A stretch of DNA of 63,567 bases, filler included, from Octopus bimaculoides (GCF_001194135.2; 7 parts of 7 records of this genome joined end to end with filler, not necessarily neighbours in it), one strand, 5' to 3'. Shown: positions 51,609 through 62,898, counted from the first letter of the whole stretch. Numbers and translations are program-made. Notes: generated by a model not told the origin, from the sequence alone.

Positions 51609-51907
51609 GTATTTACACCTTCTTTTTCATTGTTTTGTTTTGCTTTTTATTGCCAAAATCAGTGGTTCCCCTCTGGGACCCACATGACCCTTAGGGGCCC
51701 ACACGACCCTTAGAAGTTCACATGAGATTTTGTTGTTAAAATTTATGTGCAATAAACTGGTTATATTTCTTCAAAACACAAAATATTTTAACGATTTTTT
51801 TTTTTAATATAATTCCTAATAAATTCAATTTACGATGAAAGTAAACAAAATTTGCTTTAGAAGTGTTTGGCCAGTAACGATTTTTTCTGTATATATGGAT
51901 AGTTTAA

Positions 51908-52355
51908 GACAGTGAGCTGGCAGAAACGTTAGCATGCCAGGCAAAATGCCTAGCGGTATTTTGTCTGCCCCTACGTTCTGAGTTCAAATTCCGCCAGGTC
52001 GACTTTGCCTTTCATTCTTTCGAGATCAATAAATTAAGTACCAGTTACGCACTGGGGTTGATGTAATCGATTTAATCCCTTTGTCTATCCTTGTTTGTCC
52101 CCTCTATATTTAGCCCCTTGTGGGCAATAAAGAAATAAGAAATGTTAGCACACTAGGCGAAATGCTTAGCAATATTTCATCCGTCTTTACATTCTGAGTT
52201 CAAATTCCGCCGAGGTCAACTTTGCCTTTCATCCTTTCGGAGTCGATTAAATAAGTACCAGTTAATCACTGGGGTCGATGTAATCGACTTAATCCCCTTA
52301 TTTATCTTTCCTTTGTCCCCTCTATGTTTAGCCTCATGTGGGCAATAAAGAAATA
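51908..52355 (+). mobile_element. Two family-C units in head-to-tail tandem, with a variant tail
   Basis: Each unit ends ...tttgtcccctctat.tttagcc...tgtgggcaataaagaaataa, and the second restarts at gaaatgttagc. Confidence 0.85.
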
Positions 52356-53247
52356 AATATATGGCTAGTTTAATATCTAGCTGAACCCTCACCCCCTTTC
52401 TCTCCCTCTCTCTCTCTCTCTCTTGCTCACCTCGTTTCAATACTTTCATCTTTCATCCTCTTTATTTATCAAGTCTTTTATTTGTTTCCCTATCTTCTTA
52501 TCTTCCGTCTTCAGCGGTAGCTTCCCATCTTTCTACCCAGCCGCTTAGCTAACCATTTAGCTAGCTAAGCATTCAGTTAGCCAGTAAGCTAAATATCTAT
52601 GTATGTAGCTAACTAGCTCCCTAGCTACATAGACAGATATTGGTATCTAAGCTTGAATCATATAACATTTATTCCTCCTGTCACTAATATACAACACCCT
52701 TTAAGGTCGCAAGCTGGCAGAATCATTAGCATGACAGACAGACAGACACGAGCACCCACACACACACACACACACGCACACACTGCCCCAGTTCTTTCTA
52801 TTCCAAATCCTACTAAGATCAATGGTCAACTTTGCATTTCATCCCTTTGAGGGTCAATAAAATATACCACTGGTCAAGTATCGATAGTCAATATAATCAA
52901 TAAGCGTCCACTTAAAATTGTTGTTCTTTGTGTCTAAATTAGAAGCAATTATCATTAATCAACTAGGTAATTAATTAACTGGTGAAAAAATCAATTGCTT
53001 GTTTAATTGTTAGCTCAGTCATTCGGGCTATCAACTGGTTTGTCAGTGTCCTTTCGTTGCCCTTGGTCAATGTATCCAAACATGATCAACCTGGCATAAC
53101 AAGGATTTTTCACCGATGAGGTCATGAATGACAATAAAAGGATTCTGATGAACAAATTGATTAATTGATTTGTTCAGCCCGAGTTACTTAGATAATCCCT
53201 TGTCACTTCTGCCATCGTAAATACTGACATGACTCTTAAGAAATTGT

Positions 53248-53635
53248 GATGTGGCTGAGTAATAAGAAGCTTGCTTCCCAACCATATGGTTCCAGGTTCA
53301 GTTCCACTATGTGACACTTTGGGCAAGTGTCTTCTACGATATAGCCTGAGGTTTACCAAAACCTTGTGAGTGGATTTGGTAGATGGAAACTAAAAGAAGC
53401 CCATCGTATGTGTGTGTGTGTGTGTGTGTCTGTGTCTATGTTTGTCCCCGTCTACCGCTTGACAACCGATGTTGGTGTGTTTACGTCCCCATAACTTAGT
53501 GGTTCAGCAAAAGAGACCGGTAAGATAAGTACTAGGCTTACAAGGAATAATTCCTGGGGTTGATTTGTTTGACTAAAGGTGGTGCTCCAGCATGGCCACA
53601 GTCAAATGACTGAAACAAATAAAAGAATAAAAGAA
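53248..53635 (+). mobile_element. SINE family A, full length, with internal (TG)n
   Basis: Head, body, (TG)n and tail are colinear with 23199-23530. Confidence 0.88.
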
Positions 53636-53817
53636 TATCTATATATATATGTGTATATATATGTANNNNNNNNNNNNNNNNNNNNNNNNNNNNNNNNNNN
53701 NNNNNNNNNTTAATTAATTAANNNNNNNNNNNNNNNNNNNNNNNNNNNNNNNNNNNNNNNNNNNNCCCAAATTTTATTTAATTTGCTTTGCGGGAAGGAC
53801 TGTTTCAACGAAGTCGC

Positions 53818-54073
53818 GTATTGTTCTTGCCTTCGTAACGCGGAGAAGATGAAACAGGGACAACTGGCGAAGGGGTATACTCTTTATATTGCATATCTCG
53901 TTTCTCTGTTTTTTTCGTTGTTCGAAAAAAGTTCGTTTTCTATGTTTTCGTTTCTCATTGTGTTTAACGTTTTATTGATGTCCTGTACCTATATATGCAT
54001 GTATATATACATATAGATGTAGGTATGTACATATATGTATGGATATTTACATATATTTATATATTATTGATAT

Positions 54074-54104
<31 letters not shown>

Positions 54105-54260
54105 GTTCAAATTTACAGAAAAACAAAAGACGAAGACAGGTGTAGGAACAACAAGCAGCTGTATTAGTTTAACACTCGGGAAAAATGTAAAAGTCTTTGA
54201 TGTTTCGAGCCTACGCTCTTCGACGGAACGGAATAAGAGGGAAAATGGAGAGAAAGAGTG
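53818..54260. mobile_element. Composite non-autonomous repeat, module E - (TA)n - module F, probably Penelope-like
   Basis: E (53818-54060) matches 39225-39470 and F (54105-54260) matches 36737-36900. F carries a hammerhead-like motif. The Penelope assignment is inference. Confidence 0.6.
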
Positions 54261-54831
54261 AAAAAAAAATGGAAAGGGAAAAATGCCATCATGACATTAT
54301 ATCAGAATATCTAATATTCTTGTATAATGCAAGATAAAGAAAAGGAAATTCTCGCCACCTACCACTATTTCATTTTACTGTTTATCAAGTTATATATAAC
54401 AACACAATTTCCCATCCTTTCGCTATTGGTATACAAGGATATGTGATATTTTGATATATTAATGATATAATAACGGCACTTTCTCGTGATGTTTCATGTG
54501 CTTTTCAAAAACAAGTTATTCAAATATGAATGCTTAAAAAGTTTGAAATATTCAAATAACTCCTTAATCTTGTATTTTATAAAAATGGAATTCAGGTGCA
54601 AGCTAAATTATTATATATTCATATGATCATTGATCTGTAGGCCAAAACATAAGGGTCAATTTTGCAACATGATTATTAAAATATATATTAGGGAAAATGA
54701 TAATCCAAATCAAGCGTGAAAGGTTGAGGAGAAACAAGTCGAGCATTTTGAAACAACCAGATAGATTTGAAATAAGCGGATAGTTTGACTATGCTCAAAA
54801 CTAGAAAAAATAAAACTTTTACTTAGCTTAC

Positions 54832-54977
54832 TTCTAGTGGGTAATACTTGCTATCAACAGCGTGTTCCGATCCTTTCATTGCGTTATTTGCAGACCAATG
54901 GAAATGTAATTGGAGAGTTTCGTAATTTTCTGTCAGATTACCTCCAGATAAAATAAGTCCTTTAACATCTAATTGTA
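54832..54977 (-). CDS. Alpha-carbonic anhydrase, next coding exon with two of the zinc ligands (146 nt, phase 1-0)
   Basis: Translates as (V)QLDVKGLILSGGNLTENYETLQLHFHWSANNAMKGSEHAVDSKYYPLE, containing Gln92, His94, His96, Glu106 and Glu117 equivalents. Acceptor attccag|TA, donor GAA|gtaagc. Splices in frame to the 57563-57402 exon (G|TA = Val). Not present in the ORF track. Confidence 0.95.
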
Positions 54978-55504
54978 CTGGAATCATTAATATGGTTTAC
55001 ATAAATATAGATTTAAATATATTTTCTGTATAAATAAAACAATTCAAAGGAGAAAAAAATACATTTCAAAATGTTTTCAAATTAAATTGAAATTTTATTG
55101 GCATCACTCGCTTAAGTACAGGCAATATCATTAGTCTGTTATATATTTTCTTCATGGAAAGTTGATGGCAATTTCGATATTCTTTTGATGCAAGCTATTA
55201 AAGTTTATTGGAAAGATATATCAAACTCAGACTCCTACCAAAGTAACAGACTTTACAGCATATTTGATNNNNNNNNNNNNNNNNNNNNNNNNNNNNNNNN
55301 NNNNNNNNNNNNNNNNNNNNNNNNNNNNNNNNNNNNNNNNNNNNNNNNNNNNNNNNNNNNNNNNNNNNNNNNNNNNNNNNNNNNNNNNNNNNNNNNNNNN
55401 NNNNNNNNNNNNNNNNNNNNNNNNNNNNNNNNNNNNNNNNNNNNNNNNNNNNNNNNNNNNNNNNNNNNNAGGGCTGTGAAAGATTTCAGAACATTTATAA
55501 ATAG

Positions 55505-55552
55505 GTCATACAGCTGTTTTCGGGACATTTTATATATCCCTTCATCGGAGAC
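55505..55552 (-). ncRNA. Degenerate copy of the same hammerhead-like motif
   Basis: GUCU-CCGAUGA-AGGGA...UCCC-GAAA-ACAGCUGU-A-UGAC, with one extra A and a stem I mismatch. Confidence 0.5.
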
Positions 55553-55947
55553 TGTGTGAGAAAATGGTTAAGAAATAATTATTCTAGATAAGATATGAAA
55601 TAGAGAGTGAAGTGGAGGAATGAAAATAGACGTGAGATATGCAGAGTAAGTTCCAATATTATTAAAATATCGAGAGTTTAAAAAAGAAAATCCTCGATTC
55701 AATAACACCTTTTACAAACTCTATGCTTGGAATGACCAATTTTAAATACTATTGGAACTTACTCACAAGGTACAGGAATATTATATGTATACCATTCTGC
55801 CTAAATAATGGAACTGAAGATACAATATCCCTGCATATCTCACGTCTGTTTTCATTCTTCCACTTCACTCTCTATTTCATATCTTATCTAGAATAATTAT
55901 TGCTTAACCATTTTCTCACACCGTCTCCGATGAAGGGATATATAAAA
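55528..55947. repeat. Long inverted repeat (117-bp arms, 4 mismatches)
   Basis: 55528-55644 is the reverse complement of 55831-55947. Inner arms 55644-55668 and 55739-55764. Confidence 0.95.
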
Positions 55948-56827
55948 GGGATATATAAAATAAGAGTCAGAGGACTCTTTAGCTACAGAAAACACACTGT
56001 CTATTTACTGACACGTGTTTAGATTGGCATGCCAATTTTGCTTATTAATGATTATCGGTAATGCTTACTCTATATCGCGTGGTAAAGTTAAATTCTACCC
56101 CGTCAGTATATATAAATTTTACCATAAGAATCAGTGACTGATTCCGCAAAATGGTAATAAGAAAATTATGAAATAATCATCGTGGTTTGACGCAATCCAA
56201 AACCGAACAGGAAATAATAGCTAAATAACCAAGGTTAGAATCTAGAGTAGAGTACATTTATAGTAAATATATATAAAAAAATCAATGTGCTTTGTATGTA
56301 TGCTTGTATGTATGTATGTGTTTGTGTGTGTGTGTGTGTGTGTGTGCGTATGTGTGTGCGTGCGTGTGTGCGTGCGTGTGTGTGTATGTGCGTGTGCGTG
56401 TGCGTATGAGTGTGTGCGTGTGTGTGTGCGTGTGTGNNNNNNNNNNNNNNNNNNNNNNNNNNNNNNNNNNNNNNNNNNNNNNNNNNNNNNNNNNNNNNNN
56501 NNNNNNNNNNNNNNNNNNNNNNNNNNNNNNNNNNNNNNNNNNNNNNNNNNNNNNNNNNNNNNNNNNNNNNNNNNNNNNNNNNNNNNNNNNNNNNNNNNNN
56601 NNNNNNNNNNNNNNNNNNNNNNNNNNNNNNNNNNNNNNNNNNNNNNNNNNNNNNNNNNNNNNNNNNNNNNNNNNNNNNNNNNNNNNNNNNNNNNNNNNNN
56701 NNNNNNNNNNNNNNNNNNNNNNNNNNNNNNNNNNNNNNNNNNNNNNNNNNNNNNNNNNNNNNNNNNNNNNNNNNNNNNNNNNNNNNNNNNNNNNNNNNNN
56801 NNNNNNNNNNNNNNNNNNNNNNNNNNN

Positions 56828-56882
<55 letters not shown>

Positions 56883-57401
56883 CCGCTCGCAAATATATTA
56901 CATTCTTTTTCGTATAATCCAATTTCCTTGACTACTGGAGATGAGGTTGAACAACTGTCTTGTTTATGACGGCTATTGTGCTAGAAACACACGTCTACGA
57001 CTGTTCTCTTATCTCAAGACTCTAAGTCCGTCCTTTTCCTCAATGGAATGTCAACAATAGAGAATTCTTAACTATTGAGATTATCTTCCCGTATCATGTG
57101 GTGCTAGTCTTAATTACCATTTAGTACTTACCATACATTCTTTAGAGATAATTTTAATAAATCCCTAATTTATGGGAAAGACAATAAAGGAAATCAAAAT
57201 TGAATCCAAAGATAGGAAGGCAAAAATCGACAAATGACAAGGTAAAAAAAAAATCGAACTTGGCGATGCATGATATCTATATGAAGGGAATTTAACTAAA
57301 TGATCCAAAATATTTAAGTTTTCCCTCTTACGCTTTTATCTCGACTGCATTTTAAATAGTGACAGTATAAAAATGATAAACAGTAGCAAATGAAAACTCA
57401 C

Positions 57402-57563
57402 CAGTATGTCCATTATTTGTCAAGTTAGCGCTGCTATATTTATTATACTTCGTGAAGACAAATGGCTCGAAGTCTACATCTTCAACGCTGTCAATTTTAA
57501 TGTCGATTGGTGACTGAGACTTTTTTGCGCAGTTCGGATTATCCTTTGACCAGCTTGTCACAT
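57402..57563 (-). CDS. Alpha-carbonic anhydrase, internal coding exon covering the N-terminal part of the catalytic domain (162 nt, phase 1-1)
   Basis: Translates as (x)VTSWSKDNPNCAKKSQSPIDIKIDSVEDVDFEPFVFTKYNKYSSANLTNNGHT. It carries the alpha-CA W..C...QSPIDI motif and NNGHT (His64 equivalent). Acceptor ctgaacag|AT, donor ACTG|gtgagt. Confidence 0.93.
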
Positions 57564-57751
57564 CTGTTCAGAGATTTCATTATAAAATATATTCTAAGAT
57601 ATATATGCATATAAGCGAGGACACACAAAATATATAGAATCATATCGATACATACATGAACACACAGAGAAATACACATACATATACACTATATCTATAG
57701 GGAGAAAGAGAGAGAGAAAGGGAGAGATAGACAAGGTTATATATATATATA

Positions 57752-58217
57752 TTAGGTCATCCCATAAATAATGCGATTTCTTCAATTGCTTGAACTAAAA
57801 GTCGGAGGGGAACGGGATAAACTACATGCATCAACTTGCTATAAAAGCAAGTAGTAATTTTAAATTGTACTTATTCTTAGTGCAAGTTTTGAAGAGTGCA
57901 ATTCGATTTTAACAGTTACTTTCTCAAAGCTATAATGGAAATGACAAAGGAGCATATTCGGCATATTTTACTTTATGAGTTCAATAAAGGCAAAGACGCA
58001 ACGGAAAGTGCGAGGAATATTAATACAGTATATAGGGATCGGACAATAAGCATAAGCCAGTGTCAACGGTGGTTCGAGATATTCCAAGCTGGAAACTACA
58101 GCTTAGAAGACGATTCTCGTCCTGGAAGATCTGTAGAGTTTGACGAAGACGTCCTGTAAATCTTGGTGGAAGAAAATCTCATCGTAACTGTTGAGGAACT
58201 CGTAGAAAAGCTTGCAC
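57752..58217 (+). mobile_element. Mariner transposon: 5' TIR and transposase N-terminus (HTH), decayed
   Basis: TA followed by TTAGGTCATCCCATAAATAATGCG (TIR-like). ATG at 57935 gives MEMTKEHIRHILLYEFNKG...CQRWF..F.AGNYSLED..RPGR...*..TVEELVEKL. In-frame stop at 58157. Confidence 0.88.
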
Positions 58218-58238
58218 CACATATATTTGCATACATAC

Positions 58239-58286
<48 letters not shown>

Positions 58287-59048
58287 NNNNNNNNNNNNNN
58301 NNNNNNNNNNNNNNNNNNNNNNNNNNNNNNNNNNNNNNNNNNNNNNNNNNNNNNNNNNNNNNNNNNNNNNNNNNNNNNNNNNNNNNNNNNNNNNNNNNNN
58401 NNNNNNNNNNNNNNNNNNNNNNNNNNNNNNNNNNNNNNNNNNNNNNNNNNNNNNNNNNNNNNNNNNNNNNNNNNNNNNNNNNNNNNNNNNNNNNNNNNNN
58501 NNNNNNNNNNNNNNNNNNNNNNNNNNNNNNNNNNNNNNNNNNNNNNNNNNNNNNNNNNNNNNNNNNNNNNNNNNNNNNNNNNNNNNNNNNNNNNNNNNNN
58601 NNNNNNNNNNNNNNNNNNNNNNNNNNNNNNNNNNNNNNNNNNNNNNNNNNNNNNNNNNNNNNNNNNNNNNNNNNNNNNNNNNNNNNNNNNNNNNNNNNNN
58701 NNNNNNNNNNNNNNNNNNNNNNNNNNNNNNNNNNNNNNNNNNNNNNNNNNNNNNNNNNNNNNNNNNNNNNNNNNNNNNNNNNNNNNNNNNNNNNNNNNNN
58801 NNNNNNNNNNNNNNNNNNNNNNNNNNNNNNNNNNNNNNNNNNNNNNNNNNNNNNNNNNNNNNNNNNNNNNNNNNNNNNNNNNNNNNNNNNNNNNNNNNNN
58901 NNNNNNNNNNNNNNNNNNNNNNNNNNNNNNNNNNNNNNNNNNNNNNNNNNNNNNNNNNNNNNNNNNNNNNNNNNNNNNNNNNNNNNNNNNNNNNNNNNNN
59001 NNNNNNNNNNNNNNNNNNNNNNNNNNNNNNNNATATATATATATATAA

Positions 59049-59427
59049 TGGAGGTGCAATGGCCCAGTGGCTAGGGCAGCGGACTCGCGGTCGTAGGATC
59101 GCGGTTTCGATTCCCAGACCGGGCGTTGAGTGTTTATTGAGCGTAAACACCTAAAGTTCCACAAGGCTCCGGTAGGGGATGGTGGCGAACCCTGCTGTAC
59201 TCTTTCACCACAACTTTCCCTCACTCTTTCTTCCTGTTTCTGTTGTACCTGTATTTCAAAGGGCCAGTCTTCTCACACTCTGTGTCACGCTGAATCTCCC
59301 CGAAAACTACGTTAAGGGTACACGTGTCTGTGGAGTACTCAGCCACTTGCACGTTAATTTCACGAGCAGGCTGTTCCGTTGATCGGACCAACTGGAACCT
59401 TCGTCGTCGTAACCGCCGGAGTGCCAC
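59049..59427 (+). mobile_element. SINE family B, full length
   Basis: High similarity to 62225-62627. A-box TGGCCCAGTGG. Confidence 0.9.
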
Positions 59428-59441
59428 TATATATATACATG

Positions 59442-59498
<57 letters not shown>

Positions 59499-59607
59499 GT
59501 ACATATATAAATACAGACATATATACATATATACATAAATATATATGCATGTATATATATATATATACGTATATATATATGTACATACATATATACATGT
59601 ATATATC

Positions 59608-59656
<49 letters not shown>

Positions 59657-59782
59657 NNNNNNNNNNAATGTAATGTCTCGCTAAAGATCTTGGGTTTGGG
59701 TAATCATGGTGTTATTTGCCCGTTTCAGTTAGGGAATGAGGCATTGCTACGATTCTCCTTATTATTAGATATCCATAACAAA

Positions 59783-59840
<58 letters not shown>

Positions 59841-59909
59841 ATTTATGCATAAATAGAGAAAAGGATAAAGAGAACAGCGGCAAAGTTAGAAATATATTTT
59901 ATGGATAGA

Positions 59910-59958
59910 GTCTTACAGCTGTTTCAAGGAAAATCCAATGCATCCCTTCATCGGAGAC
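59910..59958 (-). ncRNA. Minimal type I hammerhead-ribozyme-like motif (Penelope type)
   Basis: GUCU-CCGAUGA-AGGGA(12 nt)UCCUU-GAA-ACAGCUGU-A-AGAC: stem I of 4 bp, stem II of 5 bp, palindromic stem III, GUA cleavage triplet. U4 is replaced by C. Confidence 0.65.
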
Positions 59959-60214
59959 AGAAATATTAGGGGAATCGATTATTATATTTATAAGCGGAGA
60001 GTTATAGTAGGAAGTGAGAGCGAGTGTGATGCGCTGAAAAAAGATTTATTAAAGGAAAATAAATGAGAGAGAAATAGGTATTATGGGACAGGTGGAGGAA
60101 AAATTCCATCCATAAAGGATAGTCGCAGGGTCTGTCGAAACGATCGTTGTACAAAATAAAGAGTTATACCAATTCCATCTTGAGTTTACTTAATTGTTTA
60201 TTATATCAACTAAC

Positions 60215-61378
60215 ACTGCGGAATCCTGAAGTAAAATCTAAGGCCTTCACAAACTGTTTTACCAATCCGAGTTTGATATGAAGTGGAGGTAATAAAATTT
60301 TGTTGGAATCTACTAGAGGCTGTTTGAGAACATTTAACACTCCTGGCTGAAGTTCCACTCCTGGGGGCTAATGTACTCTCTTGTAATGATCATCATCAGC
60401 TCTGCTGTCCCATAAGCAAAGGAAGCATGACTACTTTGTGTATCCCCCTTGCAAGCCATGCAAGAAGGCAAGCATCTTGAAATCACCACAAACATCCCAC
60501 TTGAACTCAGCGTAATCTATTTTGTCGAGAAGTTCTTTGATATTATCGTAATTTTCTTTCTTCTGTATGGAGTGTGCAAGAGACAAAGAAGGATATTTAT
60601 TTCCATTGTTGAGCAACACTGCTTTGAGACTTCGTGTTGAGCTATCTATGAACAGTCATGCTTGTGTCCAATAGCAGTAAACAAACCAATCACATCTTTA
60701 CAATAACACAGATCATTCATATTTTCATTGTAAATTTCAAATTCTTCATGGCGTTTCCAGTATACAGATGTCTTGCAGTCTTCCCCCAGTAGATTCCATT
60801 TCTTCAATCTTGATGAAATAAGTTCAGCTCCTGACTTAGTAAGACCCAGATCCTTGATTAAATCATCTAGCTTACTCTGATTTGGAAAGAGAGGCTCCGA
60901 AGTTGTTCTTGGTACGAAAGCTTCCTCTATTTCTTGGCTGTTGACTCTTCAGATGAAATATTTTCTGCTGGTAGTGGTACTCGTAAACTGTCATCATGTG
61001 GGACAGGAGCTCTAGATGATGGTATGTCTGGATACTGAAGAGCTTGTCTTCCTTTCACTTTTCTGTACTTTTTCACTTCGATCATACAAAAGTAACAGTC
61101 AACGTGATGGTTCTTTGGCTCTCTCCATGCCCTTGGAATAGCAGAAGGCATTGACTTTCCCGTACCTCTTAACCATTCTTCTAGAGTAGATCGACTGCTT
61201 CTACGCATTACATGTGGGGCCCTTGTTTTATCCTGGTCACCCACGGGCATTCCGAAATGGAGTCTGTACGCTATCCACAATTTGGCAACTTTCACGATTT
61301 TATGTAATACCTGCTTTTTTCCAGTATAATAACCACACAAAATGCATCTGGAGAATTTTTACGTACTCTATTAGCCAT
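60215..61378 (-). mobile_element. DNA transposase pseudogene, Chapaev3-like (CMC superfamily)
   Basis: Relics SPDAF..CG, GDQDK..APH, PRAWREPKNH..DCYFC, LQYPDIPS..PVPH, LFIDSSTRSLKAVLLNNGNKYPS, GLQGGYTK*SCFLCLWDSR, LLPPLHIKLGLVKQFVKAL. Transposase origin is clear; the family assignment is from memory of the motifs. Confidence 0.75.
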
Positions 61379-61889
61379 CCTGAAAGTAGCAGAACTTAGT
61401 AATTGGTCTGAAAGAGAAAATTAGACATACATTTAATAGCGGAACATTATAACAATACCGAATATATAATAACATTGAAATTCGACATATTTTTTTAACT
61501 GTTGATGATACACAAAAGATAATTTCATTTTTGGAATCAGCAGAAAAAATGGATTGATAAACAATAAAAAAATACAATAAACAAATTTTTTTTGAAAATT
61601 CTTATATTGTATTATTTCTGTGGTAAAATAAGCATTTTTACGCCTAAAAATTAGTAAATTAATAAACGAAAATACATTACACTACTGCACTGTATAACAC
61701 TTTAATTAAAATATATTAAAAGAAGATACGTAGTGTACCGTAGATGAGTAAACAAAGAACTGCACATATTGCATGCAAAACGAAACTCGGGAGGTGAGTG
61801 AGTGGTGTTGTTTTGCATGTATAATAAAATACATATATACAAATTATAAAAATAGTAATAAAAGTAAACAGTACAGTACTGTTTCTACG

Positions 61890-61957
61890 TCGCGGGTGTT
61901 CACTTATCGCGGCGGGTCTTGGAACATAACACCCGCGATAATCGAAGGATTACTATA
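61890..61957 (-). mobile_element. Pogo/Tigger-like transposon terminus
   Basis: Minus strand TATAGTAATCCTTCGATTATCGCGGGTGTTATGTTCCAAGACCCGCCGCGATAAGTGAA resembles Tigger-type ends (CAGTA..CC...TTATC.CGGGG.T..GTTCCAAGACCC). Confidence 0.55.
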
Positions 61958-61971
61958 TGTGTGTGTATATA

Positions 61972-62004
<33 letters not shown>

Positions 62005-62053
62005 ATGTATGCATGTATATATATATATATATATACATACATATGTATACGTA

Positions 62054-62094
<41 letters not shown>

Positions 62095-62224
62095 NNNNNN
62101 NNNNNNNNNNNNNNNNNNNNNNNNNNNNNNNNNNNNNNTTAATTAATTAANNNNNNNNNNNNNNNNNNNNNNNNNNNNNNNNNNNNNNNNNNNNGCTTTT
62201 AAAATAGTATTATTTTGGGATGGA

Positions 62225-62627
62225 TGGAGGTGCAATGGCCCCGTGGTTAGGGCAGCGGACTCGCGGTCATAGGATCGCGGTTTCGATTCCCAGACCGGGC
62301 GTTGTGAGTGTTTATTGAGCGAAAACACCTAAAGCTCCACGAGGCTCCAGCAGGGGATGGTGGCGAACACTGCTGTACTCTTCCACCACAACTTTCTCTC
62401 ACTCTTACTTCCTGTTTCTGTTGTGCCTGTATTTCAAAGGGGCCAGCCTTGTCACATTCTGTATCACGCTGAATATCCCCCCCGAGAACTACGTTAGGGG
62501 TACACGTATCTGTGGAGTGCTCAGCCACTTGCACGTTAATTTCACGAGCAGTCTGTTCCGTTGGTCGGATCAACTGGAACCCTCGTCCTTGTAAGCGACG
62601 GAGAGCCAACCACAACAACAACAACAA
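62225..62627 (+). mobile_element. SINE family B, full length, (ACA)n tail
   Basis: tRNA-like head with A-box TGGCCCCGTGG and B-box-like GGTTTCGATTCC, ~380-bp body, ends ggagagcc(aac)n. Colinear with 59049-59427 and 11422-11794. Confidence 0.9.
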
Positions 62628-62898
62628 TTTTGGGATGGGATATCGTGTTTTCTTTTCCTTATACACCAACTATAAAATTTATCCCTGAGACCCTGTTGAA
62701 TCTGTTTGAAAATTACCCAAAATATAAGAAAAACATCTGTGTAAATATCTAAGCGACCTGTGACATGTTGATTAATGAACAGATCAACGCATTACGTAAT
62801 ATTTTACCGTTGTATAAATATATATTAAGATATATATTAACACTAATACATGTTTAATAATATGTATATAATATTATCAAATAATGATAATTATATAC

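Noticed and set aside
51660-51725. CAGTGGTTCCC start suggesting an hAT-type MITE (similar CAGTGATCCC at about 28633)
   Set aside because: No matching opposite TIR or 8-bp TSD was found, so support is too weak to call.
54540-54605. Minus-strand LHLNSIFIKY as the missing His119 exon of the carbonic anhydrase
   Set aside because: The acceptor is out of phase with the phase-0 donor, and the HxVH...GLAV pattern is absent.
60137-60148. GAAACGATCGT (and GAAACGTACGT at 45350-45361), resembling a hammerhead 3' half with palindromic stem III
   Set aside because: No upstream CUGANGA or stem II could be found.
62225-62300. tRNA-like sequences with A and B boxes
   Set aside because: They are SINE heads that continue into repeat bodies and do not fold as complete cloverleaves. 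No genuine tRNA gene was found.
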